A stretch of 55,726 nt of DNA, the filler included, from Bipalium vagum (Eukaryota), in NCBI GenBank assembly GCA_037834085.1. It is 3 parts of 3 records of this genome, joined end to end, with 100 filler letters (N's around TTAATTAATTAA, not from the genome) between each part and the next. Parts side by side here need not be neighbours in the genome. Positions count along the whole stretch, not along the records: positions 1 to 20,306 come from JBBMKC010255758.1; 2 more parts are not named here. The stretch is one strand, 5' to 3'. Both the position numbers and the translations under genes were made by a program. Position 1 is the first letter of the stretch. Every line of letters begins with the position of its first letter. Positions 1-12,800 of this stretch are shown piece after piece. The notes under the pieces were generated by a model. That model was not told the origin of the DNA. It worked only from the letters and a program-made list of their open reading frames with translations, and ran no database searches.

Positions 1-1244
1 TATAATTACCCAACAATTATCTTGTCTCCGGACGAAATTGCCAACCATTACAGGGAGACGCTCTTATATTTAAAGGATTCAAAAAAGGAGAAACAATCAA
101 TTCCTACGAATTCCTACGAATTCTTTCGACGAACAGAACCCAATATAAACCAAAAATTGAGGACTTTCCCTGGATCCGATTATACCCGACATCTCCCAGC
201 CACCGTTTTCAATCAGACAATAGACCATCACCAATTATTCCAATCATTCGACTGGCAGCTCAGTACATTGAACCAGTTAGGATCATCCAAATCAAAACTT
301 GGCCAGGACAACCTCAAAGACATTTACTATTCTTCCCGATTCCCATCGACCACATTGGAATCCTGAAGTTGTATTCCAATCCAATCGCATTCGGACTGTT
401 CTTCCAGATTCGGCACTAGTTTAGGCTCCTTAAAAGTAAATTTTTAGGCTTGACACTGAAAGTGTCAATGCAAATATAATTTATTTAATTTAGTCTTATT
501 CGTTTTAGTGTTTTTGACTTATCTTATCTCAATTTTAGTAATTTTAATATTAAATAGTGTTTTATAATCAGTATTTTATTATTTTATTAACCACATTTTA
601 TTTCATTTGGTTTTTGGCTTAAAGAAGTATATCTTTAAGACCTCTGCATAAATTTAGAGTAATTGAAATTTCTTTAATCCATATTCATAATATAATATAA
701 ACCGGCTTCCAATTCGAACATTGAAAGACTGGTCCCGATTGATAATAAATTCTTATTTCAAGTTATATATTTTAATCCTAATTAAACCAAGCGTGTTCTG
801 TAGTCAGAACATAGTTCGGATCAATTTAAATAAATAAATTCTCAGACCAGGATCTGAGCATCAATTAATTTTTTGAGAATCCTTTTCTTAGATTTTACCT
901 TTTGTTGTTTTTTGTTCGTATTTCACACGCTAAGTAGGGCGGTGAAATACATTTGTTTTTCTATACCGAGGACCTCTAAGCCTAAGAGCGAGAGGATTTT
1001 TATAATTAATAAATATAATTAATAAAATCATTTTAAAAATCAAAAGAAAATCGGTCAGAATTGTCTCATTCATTGTATATTTGATATCGATTCAAATAAA
1101 AGTATTAAATTGAAAAATCGTTTTCTTAGTATATTTAATTAAAAACGAACACGATCTAAAGCAACCTTCAACCGTTGAGACCTAAGTCATATTCACGCTC
1201 CGACCTTTGACATCCTTTTTGTCCATCAGCTTAGGATCTTAACA
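1..1244. mobile_element. LTR-like repeat, truncated by the contig start, ending ...GATCTTAACA
   Basis: ~1115-1244 is the diverged reverse complement of 20173-20306 (TGTTAAGATCCTAAG...). It has a TG/CA-type terminus, an AATAAA near 830 and several short hairpins (e.g. TTGACACT-GAA-AGTGTCAA at 450-468). No gag/pol is seen. Confidence 0.5.
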
Positions 1245-2065
1245 AGTGATTGCTATTTGAACAATCCTCTGCAAGAAAACTTTCCCCGAGTTTAGGATTA
1301 ATTAAAGAAAGGAAATCTTTTCGCACTGATAAAAATATCAGTGTCTCAAAAGCCCTCAAAGATAGGTAATTCACCACCCTAATTAGTGTGTGAACTACGA
1401 AAACAAAAAGATCTGTGACAGAAGTGAAGAAATGAACAAAAACAATTATTTGATTTTAGAGCTGAACACTAACATTTATTTATAATGTATTTAGTTAAGA
1501 CAGTTGTATAATTTATTAAAATTATCAACTGTAGAATTAATTTTAAGTGATTTTAGCAAATTTATGAAATTTATACGTTGATATTCGGTACAAAAAATTA
1601 TGCAATTCTTTTCAAATTACTAATTATTCAAAACTTTAAAAATGAAATTATAGTAATTATTATTATATATATAATAATAATTACTTGTGGGCATTTATTG
1701 ATTCAAAAATATTTGTGCAATTGGACTTTGCGTTTATGTTTATGTTGATTAATTTGGAATTGAATATGGTCTGAAATATATCCGTTAATCTCTTGGATTT
1801 TGACTGCGCTTTAGATTTGACAATTGACGTGTAAAAAATGTGGGTGTTTTTCAGTATTTCATTCTGTTTTTATATTAAATTTTTTGATTATGTTTTATAT
1901 TTAGTAACACCTTGTTACTAATTTTAGATTTTGTTTTTCTATATGTTACCATATATAATTTTTACTTAACTATTATTTGTTTAAAATCTATTTTTAGTAA
2001 GTTGTACTTACTAAATTATATTTTAGTATATTTTTTATATTTTTGTTTTAATTATTAAAATATGA

Positions 2066-2079
2066 GTAATAATAATGGC

Positions 2080-2121
<42 letters not shown>

Positions 2122-2136
2122 GATAATAATAATAAT
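2066..2136. repeat. (AAT)n microsatellite
   Basis: Directly visible, with two short interruptions. Confidence 0.9.
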
Positions 2137-2247
2137 TAATTACATAATTTATATTTTAATTTCTTGTTCTATAATAAATCTTTTTCGGGAAAGAATTCTT
2201 GTCATATCAAAATCAAATAAAAATAAATATTAAAATAAAATTTTTTA

Positions 2248-2355
2248 TATTAACACAAATAAAACTGCTTTTTGGGATAAAATCATTGTTAAGTTATCAA
2301 ATAAGGATCACATTATCATTTGTTCTTTATTTGTTTTGGGAGTCTCCACATTTCT
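2248..2355. repeat. Direct repeat copy A (contains the stop codon and 3' end of the cassette ORF)
   Basis: TATTAACACAAATAAAACTG...GGGAGTCTCCACATTTCT; 103/108 identical to 4630-4737. Confidence 0.95.
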
Positions 2356-4427
2356 CCCTCTGGAACATGACTTTTGTCCGCAAAAGTTGGCATGTGGAAC
2401 AAGACATGATGATTTCGGCGGGTTCGCCCGATTACGGCTACAATTTCTACTGATGATCCTGTTGGATTGATGACGGCGGACGGGAAGGTGTAACATTGAA
2501 TAAGTTGAACTTCTTTGTCAACGGGTTTGCCTTGAAACATTGGGGTAGGAGCATCCATATCGATCGGATAAGTGATGGGAAGAGCTGTAAAGGCAGCGTT
2601 GGTAACTTCAGACTGCGTGGAATGGTTTTTAGTATTCTTTTGCCTTTTAATGGTTTGAGACGATTGGGAGGACATTATACGATCATCGGTTTGTAAGGAG
2701 ATTGACAAAGATTGTGGGGTTTCTGTCTGAGTCGAAATTGGAAAAAGAACATCCTTGGCTTTTTTGAGAACCTCTTGGATACGAGGTCTTTTTCGCTTGG
2801 ACTTCTGAGTCCCCTTGTTTGCGATTAAAGGAGGGGCTGTGGGAAATGGAATTGTTTCCAGAATGATGTTTGTGCTAGTCGAAGGACCATTATCGATGAC
2901 AGGATCGAAAGAAGTATCCTGATTTTCGTCGATTATGAGGATACAATCCTCATAATCAGATTTATCGTACTTCAGGTGGCGTCAGATACGGTTGATTGTC
3001 TATTATCATTGGAGATTTAGATTTATCTCTAGGTTGGTTTAAAGGAGGAGGTAATTTCCGTAACAGTGGGCTGTTCTCAGTCTGCAAATTCGTTAAGATT
3101 TTGCGACCTCGACCACTACTGAACGTGCATTCATAAGAAAATGGGGAGGAGGGGAGGCGGGTGTAAAATGACTTCATTAGCATTATGAATGGGTGGGTAA
3201 TCACTGAAGGTCAAATCGGCTCTTACTGACAGTTCTTTTTTGAACCAAATTTCGCAGAGCATGTGTATTTGCTTGACACACTGCACTTTTCTCCATTTGT
3301 GACCGCGTTTGGTTGTGGTTGCCATCTCTGGAATATTAAGTTTATTAGCCAATGGTAATAATCGTAAAGTGGTATTTGGTTTTAAGTGGCACATATGCTT
3401 TATTTGGGGAATATATTGCAAGTCGATGTATCCTGCAATATGTGTTGTTAGAATACCACATAATGTTAGCATATACTCGACTTGGTTTCCCACGATTATT
3501 TTTCCTTTGATGACATCACGAAAAAATTCACAGGCTTCTGGCTCATCCATGCCATTTTGGTAAGCACCATCAGTGATGCCTGTTTGATCAAAATTTGACT
3601 TAAATCTTCGTCTGGATGAGACTATAGTTTGGAAAAGGTCTGTACGATCATATCCTAAAACATGAATGGCAAGTAGCACGTGTTTACAAGTTAAAGGTGG
3701 TTACATCTATTAAAACTTCATTGCGATGTAAGTGATAGAGGTATCCCAATTTTTCTGGCTTGGGTAGGAAGTAAGGGTTTTTGGCCAATAGGGATTTGTA
3801 TAAATCGTTATCCTCATTGATCAATCTGGTGGTAGGTTCATAGTCTGATCCTTGAATGTCCTCGATGACAAGGATAGTGTTAGGTTTTATTGTCTCAAAA
3901 CACATGGTACGGGCTCTAACGATCAAGTGTTCACATTTGACAGAGAAATATCGTTCGATGGTCAGGGGAGCTGGAATTCCTCCAACACTTAGAATAACAG
4001 AGTTATTGCACACGTGTTCGTGAATAGTTTCTTTTGGGTACGTATTATCTTTGTAATAGGGGATGACCTCATGGAGGTAGAAATATTTAGGATTAACTAC
4101 TCTGTGTATATAAAATGTTCTGATGCCTGTGGAGAACAATTTGCAGGCGTTAGGTATCTCCTTTGTGTCAAAAGTGACGTCATGGACAGGGATTAGTTCT
4201 TCTTGGGCCTCAAGATATTTGATCGACTGTTGGAAAGGGAATTTTTTGAATTGCTGTACATGAATAACAGCATCTGGAGAGACATTGGTCATGTACTGAC
4301 TCAAAGAGATTGAATAGGAAGGGGCATTGGTGGATATAGATGAGGAGATTGGTTTGGGGATGGATTTGATGGGATTGATCGGATGCTCCATATTGAATCC
4401 ACGGGAAGGTTTTGATTTGTGTTGCAT
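2316..4427 (-). pseudogene. Frameshifted ~700-aa ORF: SNase-like domain + REX4/ISG20-type DEDDh exonuclease-like domain + disordered, basic (KSKRKRPR) tail
   Basis: ORFs 3684-4514, 3131-3679, 2962-3204 and 2316-2708 (the last frame is open upstream to ~2980) are chained by three +1 shifts. ATG at 4427 follows a TTTCAG acceptor. Motifs VLIDVTTF / LLAIHVLG / TGIT / IKGKIIVGN / YIDLQY parallel the REX4 family. VILSVGGIPAP...DLYKSLLAK parallels SN domains. Confidence 0.55.
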
Positions 4428-4629
4428 GGCTGAAAGTAAAATTAATAATAACACCATTCTATCAAATTTGGTTAATAGATGTGTGTTACTGATGAGCAGC
4501 AATACGTTAAGCAAGTGAATTTCTACAAAATCCCTGCTTTTATCTGTAGTTGCTATAATACCGTCATTTCATACATGACTGGTTCAACCACATGGGTTTC
4601 ATAATCATTTTTAAAACGAAAATATTTTT

Positions 4630-4737
4630 TATTAATACAAATAAAACTGTTTTTTGGGATAAAATCATTTTTAAGATATCAAATAAGGATCACATTATCA
4701 TTTGTTCTTTGTTTGTTTTGGGAGTCTCCACATTTCT
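4630..4737. repeat. Direct repeat copy B (upstream of the cassette ORF)
   Basis: 103/108 identical to 2248-2355. Confidence 0.95.
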
Positions 4738-5059
4738 ATAATAATTTTAATATCATTCTCATATCATAAAATAGAAAATTATTTCTTGATTTTATTTTAA
4801 TCATTTAGTATCGATTTAAAGATTTAGTTTATTTATTATTTTAAAAATATTGGTTTCTAGGTGAAGATTATTCTGCAAGTGAAACCAAACTTTTTTCCTT
4901 TATGAACAAGAAAATTATCATCTTATTTTAATTACTAAAATATCAGGTTTTTACAGTCACAAAAATATTGCCATAATGTTTGACAAGATCATAAAATCAA
5001 TATACACGTAAAAAAGAATGTAGCCAATCTTACAGAATTAAAAATGTATTTAATATTTG

Positions 5060-5270
5060 TGTTGGCGCAACTCTTATCAAGCACACCTGAGGTTGCTGTG
5101 GACCTATCTAAAGAGCTCGTAACAAAAACAAAAAACAACTATTCTAAATATGTATTGATAAAATGAGGGTAAGACCCTTTTAATTATACAAACAAACTGC
5201 AACAGGCAGTCTCAACACAAACATCAATCTTTAATTAAAAATCTGTGCCAGAGAAAACCCTGGTCAGCAA
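5060..5270 (+). repeat. Dispersed repeat (LTR-like start TGTTGG), copy 1
   Basis: Shares the blocks CTGAGGTTGCT, CTAAAGAGCTCGT, ATGAGGGT and CAGGCAGTCTCAACA with 30991-31289. Confidence 0.7.
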
Positions 5271-6368
5271 GAAAAAAATTACCAAGATAAAACATTACGG
5301 CAATTTTCTGGACGAAATATAATGAATTTTTGCTGGGTTATATACTATTTTACTGTTCATTTTAGCGTCTCTGATTGGTCAGTAAAGCTATCAATCATGA
5401 TGTACTTTCTATATTTAATTATTACTAAAAATAAAATAAATTTCTAAAAATGAAAAACTATAATATTATTATTTATACATGCTACTGACTTAAAATCAAT
5501 AGTTGATTCTATTTAAAAATTTTTTTATTAAAACTAATTATAATTTAATAATTTTAGGATAACATGCTACTAATTAAAAATCAGTAGTGTCTCCTGAAAT
5601 AATATTAAAAATTTATTTTTAAAAATTTATTTAATTAATTCTAAATTAATAATTAAAATGCACAATTTTAAATCAGCCAGTGTATTAATTAAATTTTAAT
5701 TTTTCGCCAAAATTTTATTTACAGAAATTATGAGATAGGAGTCGAACCTCAACATTTGTGACACAGAATATTTTAATTAATATGTAGATAAGTGTAGTTA
5801 TAAAAATTGTCCACTTTGTAAGAAAATATATATACTATTTTTTAATGAACACAAATGTTATTTAAAATCTTGAAAGTAAATCTAAACCAAGTAATAAATA
5901 TTTATTTTTTGAATTTGAAGGAATACAAGAAAATGCAGGTTAACATTAAATGACTTATGTAATAGTATACGATTCAGAAAGACAAATATATTATAAAATT
6001 AAAATAATGGAACTTTTATTTTACAATTAAATGTAATTTAGAATATTCAAAAACTGATAAATATTAGATAATATTAAATTTTTAAAAGAAATAATAATTG
6101 AAGATTCAATTTCTTCAGTTGATACTTTTTTGTAAATTTTTCATTTGAAAAGATTTTGTAACGGTATAGGTCGCTTAACTAAGCAGTTACAAGGGGCTTA
6201 TATCTGAGCTCATCAACTCCCTCGAAGGAGGTTTAAACAATAAGATAATCACGAATAAATAAAGCGAATAACAAAAGGTATATTTATTATCAGAAATGCA
6301 AGGTTAGATATCTAATATACAATCAACATACACAAATACAAACAATTAGTTATTTAACTACTAAAATA

Positions 6369-7697
6369 CATTCTTGTGCAAATTAATTGAAACAAAACAT
6401 GTCTTAAAAAATCTTATTCCTCTTACTACAAACAGACAATTTTTAATTATATACATAAATTATGATTCCAATGACTGATAAAATCATTAAGCTATTTCAT
6501 ATTACACTTTTTTCAAAGTATTTTCTATTAACTTAAATTAATTGTAAGCCAATCGTGATTCAAAAGGGATATTACACCCAGAAAACGAACAGAGATCAAA
6601 AGTTTACTCGAACACATATCAAAAACATTTTGAGAGATTGCTTCAATTGCTGGTGTGAGTCTTGTAACTGTCAGCCGTGTCACCAAGTTGAGACAAGATA
6701 CTGGATCGATTTCTCTTTTAAACGCAAAGGTAGGTGTTGTCGTAAAAAGAATACCACTACAAGAGATGATGCATACTTACTGCGTCAAAGAAATAAAGAT
6801 CCCTCAAGACAAGCGATGGATTTAATATAGATTTGAAAGGGAAAAGAATCCAAATTAATTCTTCTACAGTTCGCAGTCACCTTATCGCAGCTGGTCGCCG
6901 CACTAAAAGACCTGTCAGAAAACCATTTCTAACAAAAGCAATGAAAGGAAAACGGTATAACTGGGCAAAGAAGTACAAGTATTGGACTATGGAGCATTGG
7001 AGAACAGTTTTTTAGCGATGAGAGCCATTTCTTTGTACAAGGTTAGAGAATTCAATATATTCTCATGTCACCAAGAGAGAAGTTTCGCCATTTTTTTACA
7101 TAGATCAGCGTGTCAAGCACCCGTTAAAGATGTTTTTGGGAATGTTTTACTTATTATGGTATCGGAAACTTACAACCAATCGAAGGAATGATGTGTTCAC
7201 AACAATATGTTGAAGTTCTACAGAAAGCAGTTGTTACAGAGCTGCAGAAGACGTATCCTGAAGGTTCTGGAATCTTTCAACATGAACTTGTTCCATGCCA
7301 CAGATCGAAAATGGTGAATGATTTCATCAAAGAAAGGCATATACAAGTACTTGATTGGCCCAGTAATTCTCCCGACCTTAATCCAATTAAGAATTTGTGG
7401 GTCATATGCAAAAGTTGTCTTTGTTTTATCGACTGCACCACAATGCAAAAGCTTATTTCGGAGATCAATCAAGTGTGGTTAAAGGATCCGAAAATCACAA
7501 GTGATTATTTAAAACTAGCAGGCTCCATGCCAAATTGTATTGAAATGTTATTTAAAAATAGAGGAAGTCATATTCCTTACTGATGTTTTTGAATATAAAA
7601 TTTAATGTAAAATAAACGACGTACAATTTTAGTTAAGTAAAAAAATTAATTATTAATATATTTTTATTTGTTGTTTCAATTAATTTTCACAAGAGTG
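6369..7697 (+). mobile_element. Tc1-family (DD34E) transposon, full-length but decayed
   Basis: TIRs CA(T/C)TCTTGTG(C/A)AAATTAATTGAAAC with TA on both sides. Broken transposase ~6565-7583 with HTH, RPVRKPFLT, F-SDESHF, GIFQHE.VPCH and WPSNSPDLNPIKNLW; it has stops and frameshifts. Confidence 0.92.
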
Positions 7698-9826
7698 TAC
7701 CATCTTCACTTTATGACAGCCGAAGAAGTCCTGCTCTCAAAAATGCGTATTCTGTCGCCTAAAGCAAAGCAGAATCGAATTACCAAGAGAACAATAAAAA
7801 GGAATATAAGATTATTTTTAAAAGAATTTACTTCGATCACTAAATAAACGTTTATTAATTATTTTATTTAACTCTATCGGTTAAGCACTTTTGGAATTAA
7901 TACAAATTCCTTACCTTTATTAATATTACCGACGTCTTAAGAACTTTTTTGAATAGATATCAAATCATATTCTAAGCTGTGAAGGGCATTTTGAATTTGA
8001 AAACCACGAGTTTATATATTCCTGTTTTCCACACTCTGGAGCTCATCATAAGATTTTTTTTGAGCTTATCAAATTTTGGTTTTGAGGTTTAAAAGAATAT
8101 TTTCCACATTATTTTAATACAACAAAAATCATAATTGCATACCTTCTAATTGCAAATCCTTTCCAGATGTTGTAATTATTGATTCTTCTCCAAATATATT
8201 CCCATGTGTTCCTCAACATTTCCTTTTATTTGTTTCCTTGAATTTTTGAAGTTTTTAGCCATTTCACATCCTTTCAATTGAATTAATGAGCCCGTTTGTT
8301 ATAGGGTTTTGAAGGCTTTTAAGTGGTTGAAGGTTAAATGTTTGAAGAATATTATTTTATTTCACTTTTATTATTATAGTCACTATTCTTTATAAAAACT
8401 TAACAAATAGTTAAACAAATTTTTGTCAAAGAACTTTCTCACAAATTGGCGATATAATTAAAAACTATCACAATCACTATTTAAAGGTCATATCAATGGA
8501 AATGAAACATTATATAAAAAATCTATAAACAATAACTATGGATGTTTAAATTTTTTGATATATGGAACCTGATAATATTCAACATATACAAGAATCTGAA
8601 TCAAAATTCTAATCTCCTACATTTGAACATTCTGTAAGAGTAGAAGTCTTTGAGTTAAAAGCTTAAGTACTTGTGAAGAGATTTCAAAAATGAGTAACAA
8701 TTCAAAATATTATTCACCATAAAATCTCAATGATGAAAATATCACAAAATAGTTTATATAAATATTCTCATACGTCAAAAGCATTAGATATTTATTTTAA
8801 TAAATAACAAATGACGACATTACTGGAATCATTTTGAGCTGAAAGGTCAATTTTCGATTGTTATTGATAAGTATTATTGACGAGTTTAATGAATTCTTAT
8901 ACTTATCTGATTTAAACAAACTTTATCAGTTCTAACAATACCGCTCATGTTTTAGAATACTATTTCCAGATAAAAATATTTTTTTAAAGTATTAAAAGCT
9001 TAAAATTATCCAATTTTTTGTAAATAATTTTTACAAAATATTTTCCTTAGTAATAAAAACCCTCTATTGTTCTAACATTTCTTATTTGGATTTTCATTAA
9101 ATTTGAAATATCTTGCTAATTCGAAAAATCAATAAAGTGAGTCAATTTTTTCTAATCGTTGAATCTTAAACAATTTTTTAATATTTAACAAATGAAAATC
9201 TATCGAACTAAAATTAAATCATTTTAATAAAAAAGAAACAATCCAAATTAAAGCAAGTTTTCTTAACATTGAATTTCAGAAAACTGAAATTGATAATAAT
9301 AAAAACAAATGCCAGCGTTCTATAAACGTAAATTAGTACAAAAACTAACACCGCTAATGTCAATAAATATTTAAACATAACAATAATATTATATGAACTC
9401 TAAAAATTCGAATTTTACAAAGATATAGATTATTAGGTGAATAATACAAAATCAACGTCAACTTAATAATTAAATTTTTACTTCTTCATAATAATGATAA
9501 TCTAACAATTCATTCAAAAATATTGAGTCTTAACGAAAACGACAAAAGAAAACTATTTGAGATATAAGTTTAATTCTATTATAACAATCTAAGAGTAAAT
9601 ATTTCTTTACTCAACCCATTCATACAATATAGGCGTGAAGAAGAAAACGGCAGAAATATTATAAAACTGCTAATAATATTAATAATAACTCGAAATAATA
9701 TGAAATAAAATTGAAGGTAAAGAAGAGAACATTTATGATAAGTTCGAAAATATTTAATTTTAAAAACTAAACAAGTAACCAAAATCAAATATCATTAAAG
9801 TAAAATCGCGGTTTTCATAATTTTAG

Positions 9827-12800
9827 CTAATTTTGAAACAAATGTCCCGTAAAGGCTCTATAGTCGTAAGCATCTGGAATCGGCTGGCCAGATTCCGATA
9901 TATAGGGAGGCATGCTTCGAAGACAGAATTCGGCTTGGTCTTTTGTCAGATTCTAAAAAAGTTTATTAAATACCAAATATTTCATCAAAAAACAAATGAT
10001 TTTAATAACATACTGCATATAATTCCTGTTTGGTTATATAAGGTTTCGATTCTTTTGTCAAAGCACAGAAAGCCTCCTCTACTTCTTGACGAGATTGTAC
10101 ATTTTCTGTTTCACGACTAATCATAAACGCCATAAACTCTTGCAATGTCACGTAACCATCACGATTAGGATCAACAACAGCCAAAATTGTTTCGAACTCC
10201 GGATCGATTTGACCTTCTTCAACAAAAGCCAAATCCATTCCCAGTGCTCTCAAACAAGATTTGAACTCTCTGTGATCAAGTCTTCCAGACTTGTCTTTGT
10301 CGAAATGTTTGAACATCATTGAGAATTCTCTAAGTGCCTCTTCACTAACACCACTGACGTTACGGGCTTGTATTTGTTGTTCCAAATTATGATGCATTCT
10401 CATGGCTAATTGGTCTAATTGATCCCAAGCTTGACTGAGTCCAACCTTAAGTTTAAAACTCAATTTCGGTCCGACAAAATTAATAAGATTTAATCAATTT
10501 GTATAATTGAAAATTATTATTAAATATTGTCATACATTTATGTTTATGAGTTGATATTTCATATCTAAAAATTCAGATTTAAAGATTAAGAATCACTTAA
10601 CAATAACCGGTCATCAATAAAAAACGACTTAATAAAACAATTCAGATAACTTTTAAAGCTTGACCTTCCAGATTTATAAAACTGAGAAATGTTTAAAAAA
10701 ATGATTTTGTAAAATCTTCTAAAAATTTAATACGATGCAGACAGAATAAGACAAACGTAAAACAAGCGAAAATTAAATGTTAAGAAAGTTTTGAAATTGT
10801 TTTTAAATGCACAAAAAGTAACATAAATATAAATTTGCTAAAAGAAAATTCAAGGCATTGGTAAAAGTAATATCTAATATTTCTTAAAATCAATACAAGA
10901 GAAAAAAAATTTCTGAATTTTTCTGCTAATCTGATTATTTTTCATTCTATATAGTGTGTATTATTGATTTCATTTTGTTCCTAATAATTTAGAGCTAATG
11001 AACTTCGTAGTAAACACATTACTTATTTTCAGAAAAGAGAATAATAAATTATTGTAATTTACGGCATTTAAGCATAAACTATTTAATCTATTCTAAATTG
11101 TTAAGTATTCTAATGATTAATACAGAACTTTCATCAGTGATAAGATTTAATTTTATTCTACCATGAAAATTTGAAATAACAATTAGCTTTAAACAAAAAG
11201 ATTAAACTAAAAAATAATAAAATCTGAGTGAAAATGTTCACAAAATATTAATCAATAAATTATTGAATAAGATCTGAAATTTATGTATTAACCTTAATTG
11301 ACCAAGAATCCATTGTGATGATAATGTAAAGTTGTGCAGTTCATAATTTTCTCAAAATACGAACACGATATTTACATTACATAATAATAATATTGAACAC
11401 TAGAATTTTAAGACTAAATATTTAGAAAAAATGGACCATATGTGATTATGTAAAGCAAGTTGTCTAATCAATATTTTACACTACACATTAGGATTAAGTA
11501 GTAAGCAACAAATAAAATTACCGTGCTGTGTTCTGTGTGACGATTATCAAGAATCAACCGTTCTTCTAAAATAGCTCCTTTTTCTTCAATTTGCTTCAAG
11601 TCAATCTTACGATCCTTAACTTCCTTCGATTTGACTTTGGTAGCTTCCAGCTGCTCCTCCAATGTTCCAATACCTTCCATTAAGGCTGATCGTACACCTT
11701 GTAACCATTGATGGAATCTGTCAGCCATCTGTGCAAATTCTTGTCGGAGAACATCGTTCTCTTCTTGTCTTTTATTTTCTCGAACCAATTCAGCATCTCG
11801 TTCCTGAATAATTCTTTGAAGATTTCTCCAAGTTTCTTCTAAAGCTTCCATGGTGAACCATGTATAAGGATTTCCTCCAACCTGAAAAAAATTTATAGGT
11901 TTTCAAAAGTATTCAAATGTTATACTCCATAGCTTTGAATTTCTTTGTCTAATTCTCCAAGGTACAAGAAGTCTTCTTCAGCGGCCTTTAATGAATTTTT
12001 AAAGTGAGCATGTGCTTCACAAAGAGCCCTAATTTCTTCTAACGAATTGCATCGTACAGGATCGGTTAGATCTTCTTCAGCATTTTCAAACCATGAGTTG
12101 AAGGCCGAAGCTTTCTTAGCAAACGTCAGATAAAGTTCCTCAACTTTTTTGTATCTCTCTTGTAATTTAAGCAAATGATCTTTCCTTCTCTTGGATTCTC
12201 TTTGTAACTTGTCCCATCGATCAATAAGATTTTGATATCTGTGCTTAATGGCGTCACTTTGTACATGATTCGACTCAATAAGTTGATTGTGTAATGATGT
12301 AATAACTTCAATTCCTTCAACTCTAAAAGATTCCAGACCGGTGTCAAATGTTTCGTGTTTGGTTAACAAGGTTTGCACACTACTCAAATCTCTACCATAG
12401 TCATCACTTTTTACCTAAAAATAATCAATTAATAATATTAATAAATATTTTATTCAAACTTGAGTTTCTTTATCAGCAATCCACGATTCTACAACATCGG
12501 TCTTCCACATAAATTGCAGAAAAGCTGAATTATCTTCAAGACAACGTTTTCTTCTTAGGGCAGCTTTACGAAGAACTAATAACTTTTCACGCAATCCTTC
12601 ACATCGCTGATCAATGGCTTTAGAATTGTGATTATTATCCTCAATCAATTTCTGACCCTCAGCACATATATCATTGCATTTGTCTTCATGAACTTTCATG
12701 TCTGTTTCAAAGGCATCATGTTTTTTCAACAATCCTTGAACTGCAGCTAAAGTGTCTCCATAATCAGTGCTGCTTAACAAATGCTGCTTTTCTAAGATCC

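Larger units (their letters stand above)
2178..4733 (-). mobile_element. Direct-repeat-flanked coding cassette (Penelope-like partial-tandem layout; no RT or transposase)
   Basis: 108-bp direct repeats at 2248-2355 and 4630-4737 (5 mismatches). Candidate 11-bp TSD TTCTATAATAA at 2167-2177 and 4734-4744. Markedly less AT-rich than the flanks. Confidence 0.6.

Noticed and set aside
3640-3710. Small intron explaining the first cassette frameshift
   Set aside because: The tested GT-AG pairs (50 and 33 nt) do not restore the frame and would delete a conserved-looking strand.
4485-4525. CTGATGA hammerhead core near the cassette repeat (also at ~2450)
   Set aside because: No stem II followed by GAAA, and it is antisense to the ORF.
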